Origin: Candidatus Brocadiia bacterium
GTDB lineage: Bacteria > Planctomycetota > Brocadiia > CAIUPP01
Direction of reading: 5' to 3'
DNA length: 64,000 bases
Assembly (NCBI GenBank): GCA_050015075.1
Contig: JBEKCB010000015.1
Location: 37,235 to 101,234, forward strand
Numbering within the stretch: position 1 is the stretch's first letter; each line of letters begins with the position of its first letter. Below the pieces are notes generated by a model. That model searched no databases. It had not been told where the DNA came from and was given only the letters and a program-made list of their open reading frames with translations. Both the position numbers and the translations under genes were made by a program. Below are positions 29,082 through 39,281 of the stretch, one piece after another.

Positions 29082-30473
29082 TCATCGGTCCGGCTGGAGC
29101 GCCCGCAGCACGGCCTTGCAGTCTCCCGCTCGCGACGCCGCCCGCAGCGCCGGCAGGCGATTCCCGTGCGGGACGGGCTGCTCGCCGACCTCGCGGAAGA
29201 ACGCGTTCTTCCGCACCGCGTCGCGGCCGAACGCCGCTTCCGCCTGCGGGCTCAGATAGCCGAAGCCGCCGTGACGCAGCAGCAGCGAGTGGCCCCAGAG
29301 GATATGCGCGCCCTCGAGGAAGGCCGGCGCGTGCGGCTTCATCTCGGGGGCGTCGAAGTGGTCCACCAGCGGTTGCGAGGCGCTGTTCATCTCCGTGCCG
29401 ACGCAGATGACCAGATGGCGCTCGCGCGCCGCAGCGACGGCCTCGTTGAGCTTCGCCAGTTTGAGCGCTTTCTCCGCCGGGTCGCGCAGGTTCCAGTTGC
29501 GGTCCGGGATGAAATTGACGCCGGCCTGCCCGGCGGACGAGTAGTAGTCCAGCAGCGCCCCGGTATTCTGCTCGGCGGTGGAGAGGCCGTCGAGCCAGGT
29601 GGAGATCGGCATGGCGCCGCACGCGCGGATCATCTCGACGACTTCCGCCAGCATGGGGAAATTCTTCGGGTCGGGCGGCGCGTAGCCGGGGCCGCCGTAC
29701 TTCATCAGGCGCTTGCGGAGTGTGTCCCGGAAACGGACCGGGTCGTCCATCAGCGCCGCGAGTTCCGGTTCCGGCATCTGGATTTTCTCGGCCCAGAATT
29801 TCGCGCGGCGGGCGCGATCGGGCATGACCTTCTGCGCCTGGAGATCATAGGCCAGCAGCAGGTGGCGCTCGGTCGCGTTGCCGGAGGCGGTCAGCGGCAG
29901 CACGTCGCGCGTGTAGTCCACTGCCACGTCGCCGAGGAAGCGGTTGACGTTTTCCATCACCGCGCGGTTCCGGACGACGGAGCAGTCCTTCAAGCGCTGC
30001 AGCGTCCGCGCTGCGGGCGAGCCGGCCGGCGGCGTCTGTACGAAGCCCTGTCCCATGAAATAGGAGATGCCCGGCTCGTTCGGGGAGTTGATCTCCTCGC
30101 GGGCGAAGTGCTGGATGTACACGCGCGTCTCGATGCCCACCGTGAGCTTCGAGCGGAGCGCGTCGCCGGCGGCGAGCGTCTCGTCGAGCCCGTCGAGCAC
30201 GTCGAAATCCACCACGCCCGCCGCAGCCAGCCCGCGCTGGTACGCCTCCCAGGCGATGCGACTGGGCGAAAAGCCGTGCGCGTTGTAGGAGTGGAAGCTA
30301 TGGCAATGCATGTTCACCCAGGGCCGCGGCGGCTCGGTGCGGATGGCGCCCGCGTCCGCCAGCGCCTTGAGTTCCGCCAGCGCGCGCAGCCGCCCGGCGC
30401 GGTCAGGCTGATTGAGCGCCTCTACCAGTTGCGTTGCGTTTTCCATCAGGCCGTCCTTTGTCTCTGTGTCCAC
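29082..30473 (-). CDS. PHP-like metal-dependent hydrolase of unknown function
   Basis: VNMHCHSFHS, GVVDFD, GIETR, TERH, GTEMN. Confidence 0.75.
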   Translation of the reverse strand: MDTETKDGLMENATQLVEALNQPDRAGRLRALAELKALADAGAIRTEPPRPWVNMHCHSFHSYNAHGFSPSRIAWEAYQRGLAAAGVVDFDVLDGLDETLAAGDALRSKLTVGIETRVYIQHFAREEINSPNEPGISYFMGQGFVQTPPAGSPAARTLQRLKDCSVVRNRAVMENVNRFLGDVAVDYTRDVLPLTASGNATERHLLLAYDLQAQKVMPDRARRAKFWAEKIQMPEPELAALMDDPVRFRDTLRKRLMKYGGPGYAPPDPKNFPMLAEVVEMIRACGAMPISTWLDGLSTAEQNTGALLDYYSSAGQAGVNFIPDRNWNLRDPAEKALKLAKLNEAVAAARERHLVICVGTEMNSASQPLVDHFDAPEMKPHAPAFLEGAHILWGHSLLLRHGGFGYLSPQAEAAFGRDAVRKNAFFREVGEQPVPHGNRLPALRAASRAGDCKAVLRALQPDR

Positions 30474-30495
30474 TTTTGGCGAGAAAGAAATGCGA

Positions 30496-31755
30496 TCACT
30501 TCGCCGGCGCGATCTCGAAATGATGCGGCTTCGGCTGCACTGCGGCGTTGACCTCCGCGGTCGCCTCGATCGCTTTCTTCATCAGCCGGTCCAGTTCGGC
30601 CTTCTTTTTGCCTGCAACGTACAGCGCCGGGTCGTCGAGCCACGCGGGAGCCTTCCAATTGGCCACGTCGCGGTAGGCGGATACCGCCGCTTCCTTCTTC
30701 TGGATCAGAGTGAGGACAGCCTGGCACTGCTCGGCAATCGGCCCTTCGGTCAGCTCGCTCATGTTCCAGGCGTTCGGGGGCTGGAGATCATCCTTGCTGA
30801 TCGTCGCGACCTTCTTGCCGTCAATCGAAACGTCCCACTTCTCAGACACTATCCGCGTCTTATCGAATTGAACGGACAGCAGATACTGATTGAGTTTTGC
30901 CGAGAGCGGGACGAGCTTCAGCGCGTCGCGGGCCTCCTTCGGGATCGGCATCGGAAGGCAATCGTCGGTCCGCTCGAAAGAAATCCCCGTTTCGTCTATT
31001 TTAAGGTCCTTGACCGTACAGTTTGAGGCGGCGACCTTGCCGCCGTTCCCTGTGTCAACCAATACGCTCGAGACGAGCCCCGGCGCATCGAGTCCAACGA
31101 GGCACGCATAGGCCATCGTCAGCTGGCCGACCGGTCCGGGATGGACGCCATCCCCGCCGAGCGGAATGACGTTGGGCGACTTCAGATTATTGCCCCAGAG
31201 GTCGAGCAGCGCGTGGAACTGGTCCGCGCAGGCGAGTTTCTGTCTTGCCGCCAGCTCGACGATAGCCGTTGCCATCTTGTCGAGCGTCAGGTCGTGTCCC
31301 TTAAGGTCTGCGGACGTCGTCCCATCGTTGACCGGGCTCGCCGTGAGAAAGATCGGGCGCGCGCCCGCGGCTTTGATCCGATCAATGAGCGTCTCCATCT
31401 GCTTGATGTAAGGCTCGACTCTTTGCGGCCCGCCTCCTGCGTCATTCATACCGAGCTCGATTGTCACCACGGTCGGCTTCCAGCAGAGCACGTCGGTGTC
31501 CAGGCGCGCCAGAACGCGCGGCACGGTGTCGCCGCCGACGCCGGCGTTGCGGAACTGGAGGTTCCATTTCGGGAACCGCGTGACGCAGTACGCCTCGATG
31601 TAGTTCGAGTGCAGATGCTGCGCGGTGATACTGTCGCCGGCCATAGCGACGATATCGCCGTCGCGAAGCGGAAATTCGCCCGCCTGCGCGGCAGAGGCGA
31701 AGAGAATGACAGCGGTCCAGAGAACGAACTTGCTTACTCCCGGTAGCGACCTCAT
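30496..31755 (-). CDS. Secreted SGNH/GDSL hydrolase
   Basis: Signal peptide; GDSIT, NAGVGG, LGMND, DGVHP. Confidence 0.9.
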   Translation of the reverse strand: MRSLPGVSKFVLWTAVILFASAAQAGEFPLRDGDIVAMAGDSITAQHLHSNYIEAYCVTRFPKWNLQFRNAGVGGDTVPRVLARLDTDVLCWKPTVVTIELGMNDAGGGPQRVEPYIKQMETLIDRIKAAGARPIFLTASPVNDGTTSADLKGHDLTLDKMATAIVELAARQKLACADQFHALLDLWGNNLKSPNVIPLGGDGVHPGPVGQLTMAYACLVGLDAPGLVSSVLVDTGNGGKVAASNCTVKDLKIDETGISFERTDDCLPMPIPKEARDALKLVPLSAKLNQYLLSVQFDKTRIVSEKWDVSIDGKKVATISKDDLQPPNAWNMSELTEGPIAEQCQAVLTLIQKKEAAVSAYRDVANWKAPAWLDDPALYVAGKKKAELDRLMKKAIEATAEVNAAVQPKPHHFEIAPAK

Positions 31756-31795
31756 CGTGTGCCCTCCTCCTTGCAAATACCCATTAAGAAAGCGC

Positions 31796-32836
31796 TCACT
31801 CCTCCGACTCCCATTGTTCAGGCCGCGCGCCGCCGGTGGCGTACTTGCGCAGCATTTTGAGCAACACCTGAAAATCGCGCGCCAGCGGCGCCTCGACGCG
31901 GATCGACGTCGCCGCCGCCACGGGTAAGAACGTCAGCGCGCTCGCGTGCAGCGCCGGGCGCGCCAGGAGCGGCGTCTCTTCCTGGCCGCGCTTCGCCCGG
32001 TAGCCTCGCTTGAACGCCGAGAGCAGCACAGTGCTCCCGCCGCCGTAAACACGGTCGGCCGCGATCGGGTAACCGATGTGCGAGAAGTGGATTCGGACCT
32101 GGTGCCGCCGGCCCGTCTGCGGCAGCGCGCGGACGAGCGTGAAGCCGCGGAACCTCTCGACAACCTCGTAGGGCGTGACCGCCGACTTGCCATGGCGCTC
32201 GTCCACGAACACTCGCTCGAGCTCATGCTCATGCGCCGCGAGCGGCACTTCCACCGAGCCGGTCTCGGTGAGCATCTCGCCATGGAGAATGGCCAGGTAC
32301 TCCTTCTTGATCGTGCGCTCCCGGAACTGGCGCGAGAGATGCAGTTCCGCCTCGCGCGATTTGACGAAGATCACCGCGCCGGTCGTGTCGCGGTCGAGCC
32401 GGTGCACCGCGCGCGGACGGTACGATTCGCGCTGCGCGATCGCGGCGTAAGTCGGCGACCGCCGCACGTGCTCGAGCACACCGTTCTGGAACGGGCACGC
32501 CTCGGAATGCCGCTCGCGCACGACCGTGCAGCCGGCGGGCTTGTTGAGGACGACGACCTGCTCATCCTCATAGAGCACCGGCGCGCGGATAACCTCGGTT
32601 TGGAACTTCCGGCGCGCGGCGGCGCGGCCGGCGACGGTCACGTTCTCGCCCGCGCGCAGCACGCGCTTCGGGTCCGAGGTCTCGCCGTTCACCGCAACGT
32701 TCCCGGAGACGATGAGATGCCGGACGAACTCCTCCGGCTCCAGCGGCAGCGCGTCGCCGAGAAAGACGCGAAGGTTCTGGCCGGCGCATCGAGCCGGGAC
32801 GACGAGCACGATATTCTCTTCAGGGTTATCCATCAT
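31796..32836 (-). CDS. RluA/RluD-family pseudouridine synthase
   Basis: S4-like N-terminus; NKPAG, VHRLDRDTTG, TGRRHQVRIH, LHA. Confidence 0.92.
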   Translation of the reverse strand: MMDNPEENIVLVVPARCAGQNLRVFLGDALPLEPEEFVRHLIVSGNVAVNGETSDPKRVLRAGENVTVAGRAAARRKFQTEVIRAPVLYEDEQVVVLNKPAGCTVVRERHSEACPFQNGVLEHVRRSPTYAAIAQRESYRPRAVHRLDRDTTGAVIFVKSREAELHLSRQFRERTIKKEYLAILHGEMLTETGSVEVPLAAHEHELERVFVDERHGKSAVTPYEVVERFRGFTLVRALPQTGRRHQVRIHFSHIGYPIAADRVYGGGSTVLLSAFKRGYRAKRGQEETPLLARPALHASALTFLPVAAATSIRVEAPLARDFQVLLKMLRKYATGGARPEQWESEE

Positions 32837-32955
32837 GGTCTCTGACGCGTAGTTTCCGTCATTCGCGCGCCGTTTGCAAGGCCAAGCTGTTCTTGACGGC
32901 CTGGGCGACCGAGGAATAAACTGATGACGCATTGGGATTTCTTAAAGGGAGAACC

Positions 32956-34674
32956 ATGGCCAGGAGCATTCGCCTGCACGAGACGGACACCCTTGCGCGC
33001 GCTCCGATGACGTTCGGTGTGTTTGCGACGTGCGATCCGCGCGTGGACGAGGCGTCGCGGACCCGGTCGCGCAATATCGTCGGCATGGTCGCGGAGGCTG
33101 TCGCTGCGGAGGTGAAGATGCCCGGCGGCGCGGCGGCGCGCGTCGTCTGGAGCCCGGTGCTCGTGGACGACGAGCGCGGGGCGGACATCGTAGCGCAGCA
33201 GTTCCACGAGGCGGGCGTGCAGGCGATCATCTGCGCTCCGGACACCTGGGCGTTCCCGCAGTTGGGCTTGATCTCCCTCGTCCAGCAGTTCCCGCGCGAC
33301 CTGCCGCTGAACCTGACCTGCGGCAACAGCGGCCCGAAGCCGGGCGTGGTCTTCACGCACGCGGCCAGCGGCGCGCTCAGCCAGTACGGGCGCCTCGTGC
33401 ACATTAACGTCGGCAACTGGCCGGACGTCGGCCCGAACCCGCAGATGAGCGAGGGCACGAAGAAGGCGCTGGTGGACTGGGCCTATGCGGCGCTCGCGGC
33501 GCAGTCGCTCAAAGGCCGCCGCGTGGTGATCTGGGGACACGACTCGATGGGGATGGAGACGGCGCTCGCGCACGTGATCGCCACGCGCAACACGTTCGGG
33601 ATCGAGATCACCCGCCTCGACATGAAGCTGCTGGCGGACATGCTCCAGAAGAAGTCGTACAAGGCCGCCGAGCTGCGCGCGCTGCGGGCGTGGGTGGATG
33701 GCCATCTCGGCAAGCGCCTGGCCATTCGCGGCAAGCCCGCCAGCGAGCGCTTCAACCAGTGCCTGGCGATGTACCTGATCACGCGCGACGTGATGCGCGA
33801 CTTGAACGCCGTCGGCGGCGGCTTCATGGGCCAGTTGGAATGGGGCTCGGACCGCCGCGGCATTCCGCTGCCATGCGCCGACGTAATGGAGTCGCTCTTC
33901 AATTCTACGTTCGACCACACCGGCCGCCGCGCGCCGATTCCGTACGCGACCGAGGCGGACGTGCAGGGGCTCCTGACGATGCTCTTCTTCACGCGCCTGA
34001 CCGGCGGGAACCCGCCCCTGTTCATGGACTTCCGCAAGGTCTGGGAGGCGTGGGAAATCCGCGCGCTGGCCGAAAAACTCGGCATCGGCGGCCTGAACGG
34101 GTGCACGCTCTGGGAGCAGAAAGGGTTCGTGGACGGAGATAATTCCGGCAGCGCGTCGTTCGATTGGGCGGCGAGTCCGGGCGCGTCGGTGGACGAGATC
34201 ATGTCGAAGGTCGCCATGCCGCCGGTGGACGCGGCTTATTTCCCCGGCATGGGCAACTCCGTCACGTTCGTCACGCCGGCGGGCATCGAGGGCATCGCCG
34301 GCCGCCTGGCGTACTCCGCCGCGAACGGGATGTTCTCGCTCTCGTGGGACGAGGCCGTCACGGCCGAATTGCCCGAGAAGCTTTCCGAAGCGGTCTGCAG
34401 GACCTCCACGCCGGACTGGCCGCACACGTTCGTCGTGCCCAGGTACGCGACGATGGGCGAGTACAAACAGTACGCGCCGGCCAACCACTTTCACATGACC
34501 TGGGGCCTGTCGCCCGCGCGGCTGGAGTACTGGATGGACCTGGCGAATGTGCTCTCGGCGACGCCCTGGGCGGGCCGGCCGCGTTACGTCGAGGGCGCCG
34601 ACCGCCCGTCGCCGCTGCTCCACATCCTCAACGGCGGCGAGACGCAAGCGAAGATGCTCCTTGCGCGCAGGTGA
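32956..34674 (+). CDS. L-fucose/D-arabinose isomerase family protein
   Basis: ATEAD, FMDFR and ANH motifs corresponding to the FucI metal ligands; GGGFMGQLEW. Confidence 0.75.
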   Translation: MARSIRLHETDTLARAPMTFGVFATCDPRVDEASRTRSRNIVGMVAEAVAAEVKMPGGAAARVVWSPVLVDDERGADIVAQQFHEAGVQAIICAPDTWAFPQLGLISLVQQFPRDLPLNLTCGNSGPKPGVVFTHAASGALSQYGRLVHINVGNWPDVGPNPQMSEGTKKALVDWAYAALAAQSLKGRRVVIWGHDSMGMETALAHVIATRNTFGIEITRLDMKLLADMLQKKSYKAAELRALRAWVDGHLGKRLAIRGKPASERFNQCLAMYLITRDVMRDLNAVGGGFMGQLEWGSDRRGIPLPCADVMESLFNSTFDHTGRRAPIPYATEADVQGLLTMLFFTRLTGGNPPLFMDFRKVWEAWEIRALAEKLGIGGLNGCTLWEQKGFVDGDNSGSASFDWAASPGASVDEIMSKVAMPPVDAAYFPGMGNSVTFVTPAGIEGIAGRLAYSAANGMFSLSWDEAVTAELPEKLSEAVCRTSTPDWPHTFVVPRYATMGEYKQYAPANHFHMTWGLSPARLEYWMDLANVLSATPWAGRPRYVEGADRPSPLLHILNGGETQAKMLLARR

Positions 34675-34676
34675 CG

Positions 34677-35942
34677 TTACGGGCGCTCGGCCGTCAATTT
34701 TTCGACGGCCGGCACTCCGCCGGAGAGCGGCGCCGACTTCACGCGCCAAGCGGCCAGCAGAGAGATCAGGATCAACGCCACGCCGCACATGAGGAACGGC
34801 GCGACGTAGTACGGCTTCTCAGGTGTGCCCATGAGGATGGAGAGATAGCCGCCGCCGAGCGGGCCGAAGCAGAACGCGGCGCTGCCGATGAATGCGATGA
34901 CGCCGAAGGCCTTGCCGATGTCGCGCTCGGGCGTGATCCGGCGGATGATCGCGTAGAGGCTCGGCATCACGCCGCCGATCGCCAGTCCGAAAATGATCCG
35001 CAGGATGTAGAGATGGGTGATGGTCCTCGCGAAGTAGAAGGGCAGCGAGAGTATCCCTGACAACAGCGTGCAGACCACCAGCATCCGCTTGTGTCCCCAT
35101 TGGTCCGCCAACTGGCCCAGGTACCATGCTGAAGTCATGTCCGCGAAACCGACCACGAACATGATCTGCCCGGTGACGGCGGCCGCCTCGTCGTAGGGCT
35201 TGCCCGAGAGTTCCTTCACGAAATACGGAAACACCGGCGCCGGCGCGACGGTGCCGAAGTTGATCAGGAACAGGACCAGCATCAGGGTGAGAAAGCCGCC
35301 GATGGAGAACAGGTCGCGATACGTGCCGGTCTTGGCGGTCTCGCCGCGCACGGCGGGCGTAAAAGTTTCCTTCACGCCGTAATGGACGATCAATGCGCCG
35401 GCGCCGATCAGGCCGCCGGCGACGTAGAACGTGGGGCGGAACCCGAAGAGCACCGCGGCGTGTCCGCCCATCAGCGGGCCGAACGAGGCGCCGGCGATGA
35501 CGGAGGCCTGCATCACGCCGAGCGCGTAGGCCGAACGCTCCGTCGGGGTCTCGCTGGCGATCAGCGCCATGCCCGCCGCCACCGTGCCCGTCAGCGTCCC
35601 CTGGATGATGCGCAGGATCAACAGTTGGTGCACGTTCTGGGCCAACCCCATGAGCGCGACGATCACCGCGCCGGCGACCATCGCGCGCAGCACCATGATC
35701 TTCCGCCCGTAGCGGTCCGCCAGGTGGCCCCAGACGAGCGCGAAAATCGCCATCGGCAGTCCGATGGCCGCCATGAGGATGCTGGCCCATTGGACCGCCT
35801 GGTCCTTGGGAACGCCCAGGTCCTGGACGATGTAGAACGGCAGGAACGGCATGACGAACGCGAAGCCCGCCATCGAGATGAACTGCGCCGCGCACATCGA
35901 GTAGAACGTCTTTCGCCACGCAACCATTCTGTTCGGGTCCAA
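34677..35942 (-). CDS. MFS transporter (MdtG/DHA1-like)
   Basis: WGHLADRYGRK motif A; about 12 TM helices. Confidence 0.92.
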   Translation of the reverse strand: MDPNRMVAWRKTFYSMCAAQFISMAGFAFVMPFLPFYIVQDLGVPKDQAVQWASILMAAIGLPMAIFALVWGHLADRYGRKIMVLRAMVAGAVIVALMGLAQNVHQLLILRIIQGTLTGTVAAGMALIASETPTERSAYALGVMQASVIAGASFGPLMGGHAAVLFGFRPTFYVAGGLIGAGALIVHYGVKETFTPAVRGETAKTGTYRDLFSIGGFLTLMLVLFLINFGTVAPAPVFPYFVKELSGKPYDEAAAVTGQIMFVVGFADMTSAWYLGQLADQWGHKRMLVVCTLLSGILSLPFYFARTITHLYILRIIFGLAIGGVMPSLYAIIRRITPERDIGKAFGVIAFIGSAAFCFGPLGGGYLSILMGTPEKPYYVAPFLMCGVALILISLLAAWRVKSAPLSGGVPAVEKLTAERP

Positions 35943-36108
35943 TTCGGAAAGCGGGAGCGCCGTTCTCAGCGACGGTTGCTTCGCAGCGAAGCCCCGATTC
36001 GCAAAGCAGCCACGGGAATTCGGCGAGGAGCCACGACCACCGCTGGATTATACAGCCAGCGGGGCGGACTGGGCAAGACGAGCGGGGCGATCCGAGGATG
36101 CGCCTGGC

Positions 36109-37089
36109 TCAAGGACGTCTTTCACGCTCTCGGGCCAGGTCCGATTTGACCATCATAGCCACGAGTTCCTCGAATCGGACAGTTGGTTTCCAGCCCAGGA
36201 CCCGCTGCGCCTTCGCCGCGTCGCCGATAAGCAGTTCCACTTCGGCGGGCCGGTAGAACTGCGGATCGGTCTCGAAGTGGGCCTCCGGCTTCAGGCCGAC
36301 GCAGGCGAACGCTGCGTTCAGCAGTTCGCGCACGCTGCGCGTTTCGCCGGTGGCGATCACATAGTCGTCGGCTTTCGGTTGCTGGAGCATCAGCCACATC
36401 GCGCGAACGTAATCGCCGGCAAACCCCCAGTCGCGCTGCGCCTCCAGGTTGCCCAGCCGGATCTTCTCCTTGTGTCCGGCGGCGATCCGGGCGACGCCGG
36501 AGGTGATCTTGCGGCTGACGAACTCATAGCCGCGGCGCGGCGACTCGTGGTTGAAGAGGATGCCGCTGCTGGCGTGCATCCCGTAGGCCTCGCGGTAGTT
36601 GAGCGTCAGGTAGTATCCGGTGCACTTGCTGATGCCGTACGGCGACCGCGGATGGAAGGGCGTGGTTTCCCGTTGCGGCGTCTCATGCACCTTGCCGAAC
36701 ATCTCGCTCGAGCCCGCGAAGTAGAACCGGCAGTCCGGCTTCAACCGGTGCAAGGCGGCCAGCACGTACTGCGTGCCGTGGATGTTGATGTCGAGCGTCG
36801 AGAACTCGTCATCGAAACTGTAGCTGACGAAGCTCTGGGCCGCCAGGTGGTAGCACTCGTCCGGGCGCACCGTGTCAATCACGGAGAAGACGCTCGCATA
36901 GCTTTCCAGCGAGGCGGCGTGCAGGTGCAGGCGGTCTTTGAACTGTTGAAGGCGCAACAGCCGGTGTTGCGGGTCCTCCATCGCCACCCGGCGGACAATG
37001 CCGTGGACCTCGTACCCCTTCTCGAGAAGCAGTTCCGCCAGGTAGGAGCCATCCTGCCCCGTAATTCCCGTAATCAGCGCTTTTTTCAT
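36109..37089 (-). CDS. gmd: GDP-mannose 4,6-dehydratase
   Basis: ALITGITGQDGSYLAE, LAAQS, SPYGISK, FNHESPRRG, RDWG. Confidence 0.96.
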   Translation of the reverse strand: MKKALITGITGQDGSYLAELLLEKGYEVHGIVRRVAMEDPQHRLLRLQQFKDRLHLHAASLESYASVFSVIDTVRPDECYHLAAQSFVSYSFDDEFSTLDINIHGTQYVLAALHRLKPDCRFYFAGSSEMFGKVHETPQRETTPFHPRSPYGISKCTGYYLTLNYREAYGMHASSGILFNHESPRRGYEFVSRKITSGVARIAAGHKEKIRLGNLEAQRDWGFAGDYVRAMWLMLQQPKADDYVIATGETRSVRELLNAAFACVGLKPEAHFETDPQFYRPAEVELLIGDAAKAQRVLGWKPTVRFEELVAMMVKSDLARERERRP

Positions 37090-37271
37090 GGCCTCCCCTC
37101 ATTGAACAGTAAAACGCGTGGGCAAACGATACCATAAACGCGACGGTTTTTCATGTCATGAGCGCGCCGCGCTCCGCAACTCGATTTGGCAGCGGGATTC
37201 TGATATGGTAAATTTCCACTTTTCAGCCCTTGGACATCGTTGTTTTCATTTCTGGCATTGAGGAGATGGAG

Positions 37272-39281
37272 ATGCCTGACGCGCGAATTGACCGCTTGTC
37301 CATAACCACCCTGCGGATGCTGGCGCTCGACATGGTCCAGACGGCGAAGTCGGGCCACCCGGGAATGCCGCTCGGCGCCGCGCCGGCGGCGTACGTGATC
37401 TGGGACCGGTTCCTCAAGCACTATCCCGCGAATCCTCACTGGGCCGACCGCGACCGTTTCGTCCTGTCCTCCGGCCACGCCTGCGCGATGCTCTACGGCC
37501 TGCTCCACCTGGCCGGATACGACCTGCCGCTCGAACAGCTCAAGCGGTTCCGGCAGATGGACAGCCTCTGCCCCGGCCACCCGGAGGCGGGCCTGACGCC
37601 GGGCGTCGAGGCGACCGCCGGGCCGCTCGGCCAGGGCATTTCGAACGCGGTCGGCATGGCCATCGCCGAGCGGCACCTCGCCGCGGTTTTCAATCGGCCC
37701 GGACACGAGATCGTCAACCACCGCACGTTCGTGATGTGCTCCGACGGCGACATGATGGAAGGCGTCTCCTCCGAGGCCGCTTCGCTCGCCGGCTTCCTGC
37801 AACTGGGCAAGCTCGTCGTGCTGTATGACGACAACGGCATCAGCATCGAGGGGCGCACGCAGGAGCTGGCGTTCAAGGAGGACGTCGGCGCGCGTTTCGA
37901 GGCGTACGGCTGGCGCGTATTGAAGGTAGCCGATCTGAACGACATCGCGGCCGTTGAGAAGGCGCTGCGGCAGGGCGTGGAGGAGTCGGACCGGCCCACG
38001 CTGATCTGGGCGCACAGCACGATTGGGTTCGGCGCGCCCGAGGCGAACACCGCCAAGGTCCATGGCGAGCCGATGAGCGAGGACCATGCCGGCCTCACGA
38101 AGAATTACTACGAGTGGGATTGCACGCCGGCGTTCCGCATCCCCGACGAGGCGCTGGCGAATTACCGCAAGGCGCTCGACCGCGGGCGCGAGGCGGAGAC
38201 GGCGTGGACCCGCAGGTTCGAGGCATATCGCAAGCAGTTCCCGGAACTCGCAGAGCGGTTCACGATGATGATGAGCGGCCGGTTGCCGGACGGCTGGGAG
38301 AAGTCGGTGCCGGTCTTCGCGGCCCCGGAGGAAATGGCGACGCGCGACGCGGGCGGCAAGGTGATGAACGCGGTCGCGAAGATGTTCGAGGGCCGTCTGG
38401 TCGGCGGCTCGGCCGACCTCGCGCCCTCCACCAAGACGATCCTGAAGGACTTCGGGCACATCGGGCCGGGGAATTTCGGCGGGATGAACATGCACTTCGG
38501 CGTGCGCGAGCACGCGATGGGGGCCATCCTCAACGGCCTGGCGCTGCACGGCGGATTCATCCCGTTCGGCGCGACGTTCATGGTGTTCGCGGACTACATG
38601 CGCCCGACGATCCGCGTCGCGGCCATCTCGAAGCTGCCGGTGATTTACGTGTTCACGCACGATTCCATCGGCGTCGGCGAGGACGGGCCGACGCACCAGC
38701 CGGTGGAGCACCTGGCCTCGTTCCGCGTGATCCCCGGTCTGACGGTCATCCGGCCTGCCGACGCGAACGAGACGGCCGCGGCCTGGAAGGTGGCGCTCGA
38801 ACGCCGCAACGGTCCAACGGTGCTCGCGCTGACCCGGCAGAAACTACCGACGCTCGACGCGGCAAAATATCCGGTCGCGGCCGGCGTGCCGCGCGGCGCG
38901 TACATCCTCTCTGAAGCCGCCGCCGGTGCGCCCGAACTGCTGCTGATCGCCAGCGGGTCCGAGGTTACGCTGGCGCTGCAGGCGCAGGCGAAGCTTGCGG
39001 CCGAGGGCATCCGCGCGCGTGTCGTGAGCATGCCGAGCTGGGAGCTCTTCGAAGAGCAGGACGCGGCGTACAAGGCCAAAGTTCTTCCCACCGGACCGGC
39101 GCGGCTGGTCATCGAGGCGGGAGTTCGCCAGGGCTGGGACCGCTACCTCGGCGCGAAGAGCGACGGCATCTGGCAGAACGGTTTCGGCGTGTCGGGTGCG
39201 TACAAGGACGTCTTCAAGCGGTTCGGTTTCACGGTCGAGAACGTGGTCGCCAGGGCCAGGGCACTGCTCGGGAAGAAATGA
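37272..39281 (+). CDS. tkt: Transketolase
   Basis: SGHPGMP, DRFVLS, DGDMMEG, GVREHAM, THDSIGVGEDGPTHQP. Confidence 0.97.
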   Translation: MPDARIDRLSITTLRMLALDMVQTAKSGHPGMPLGAAPAAYVIWDRFLKHYPANPHWADRDRFVLSSGHACAMLYGLLHLAGYDLPLEQLKRFRQMDSLCPGHPEAGLTPGVEATAGPLGQGISNAVGMAIAERHLAAVFNRPGHEIVNHRTFVMCSDGDMMEGVSSEAASLAGFLQLGKLVVLYDDNGISIEGRTQELAFKEDVGARFEAYGWRVLKVADLNDIAAVEKALRQGVEESDRPTLIWAHSTIGFGAPEANTAKVHGEPMSEDHAGLTKNYYEWDCTPAFRIPDEALANYRKALDRGREAETAWTRRFEAYRKQFPELAERFTMMMSGRLPDGWEKSVPVFAAPEEMATRDAGGKVMNAVAKMFEGRLVGGSADLAPSTKTILKDFGHIGPGNFGGMNMHFGVREHAMGAILNGLALHGGFIPFGATFMVFADYMRPTIRVAAISKLPVIYVFTHDSIGVGEDGPTHQPVEHLASFRVIPGLTVIRPADANETAAAWKVALERRNGPTVLALTRQKLPTLDAAKYPVAAGVPRGAYILSEAAAGAPELLLIASGSEVTLALQAQAKLAAEGIRARVVSMPSWELFEEQDAAYKAKVLPTGPARLVIEAGVRQGWDRYLGAKSDGIWQNGFGVSGAYKDVFKRFGFTVENVVARARALLGKK

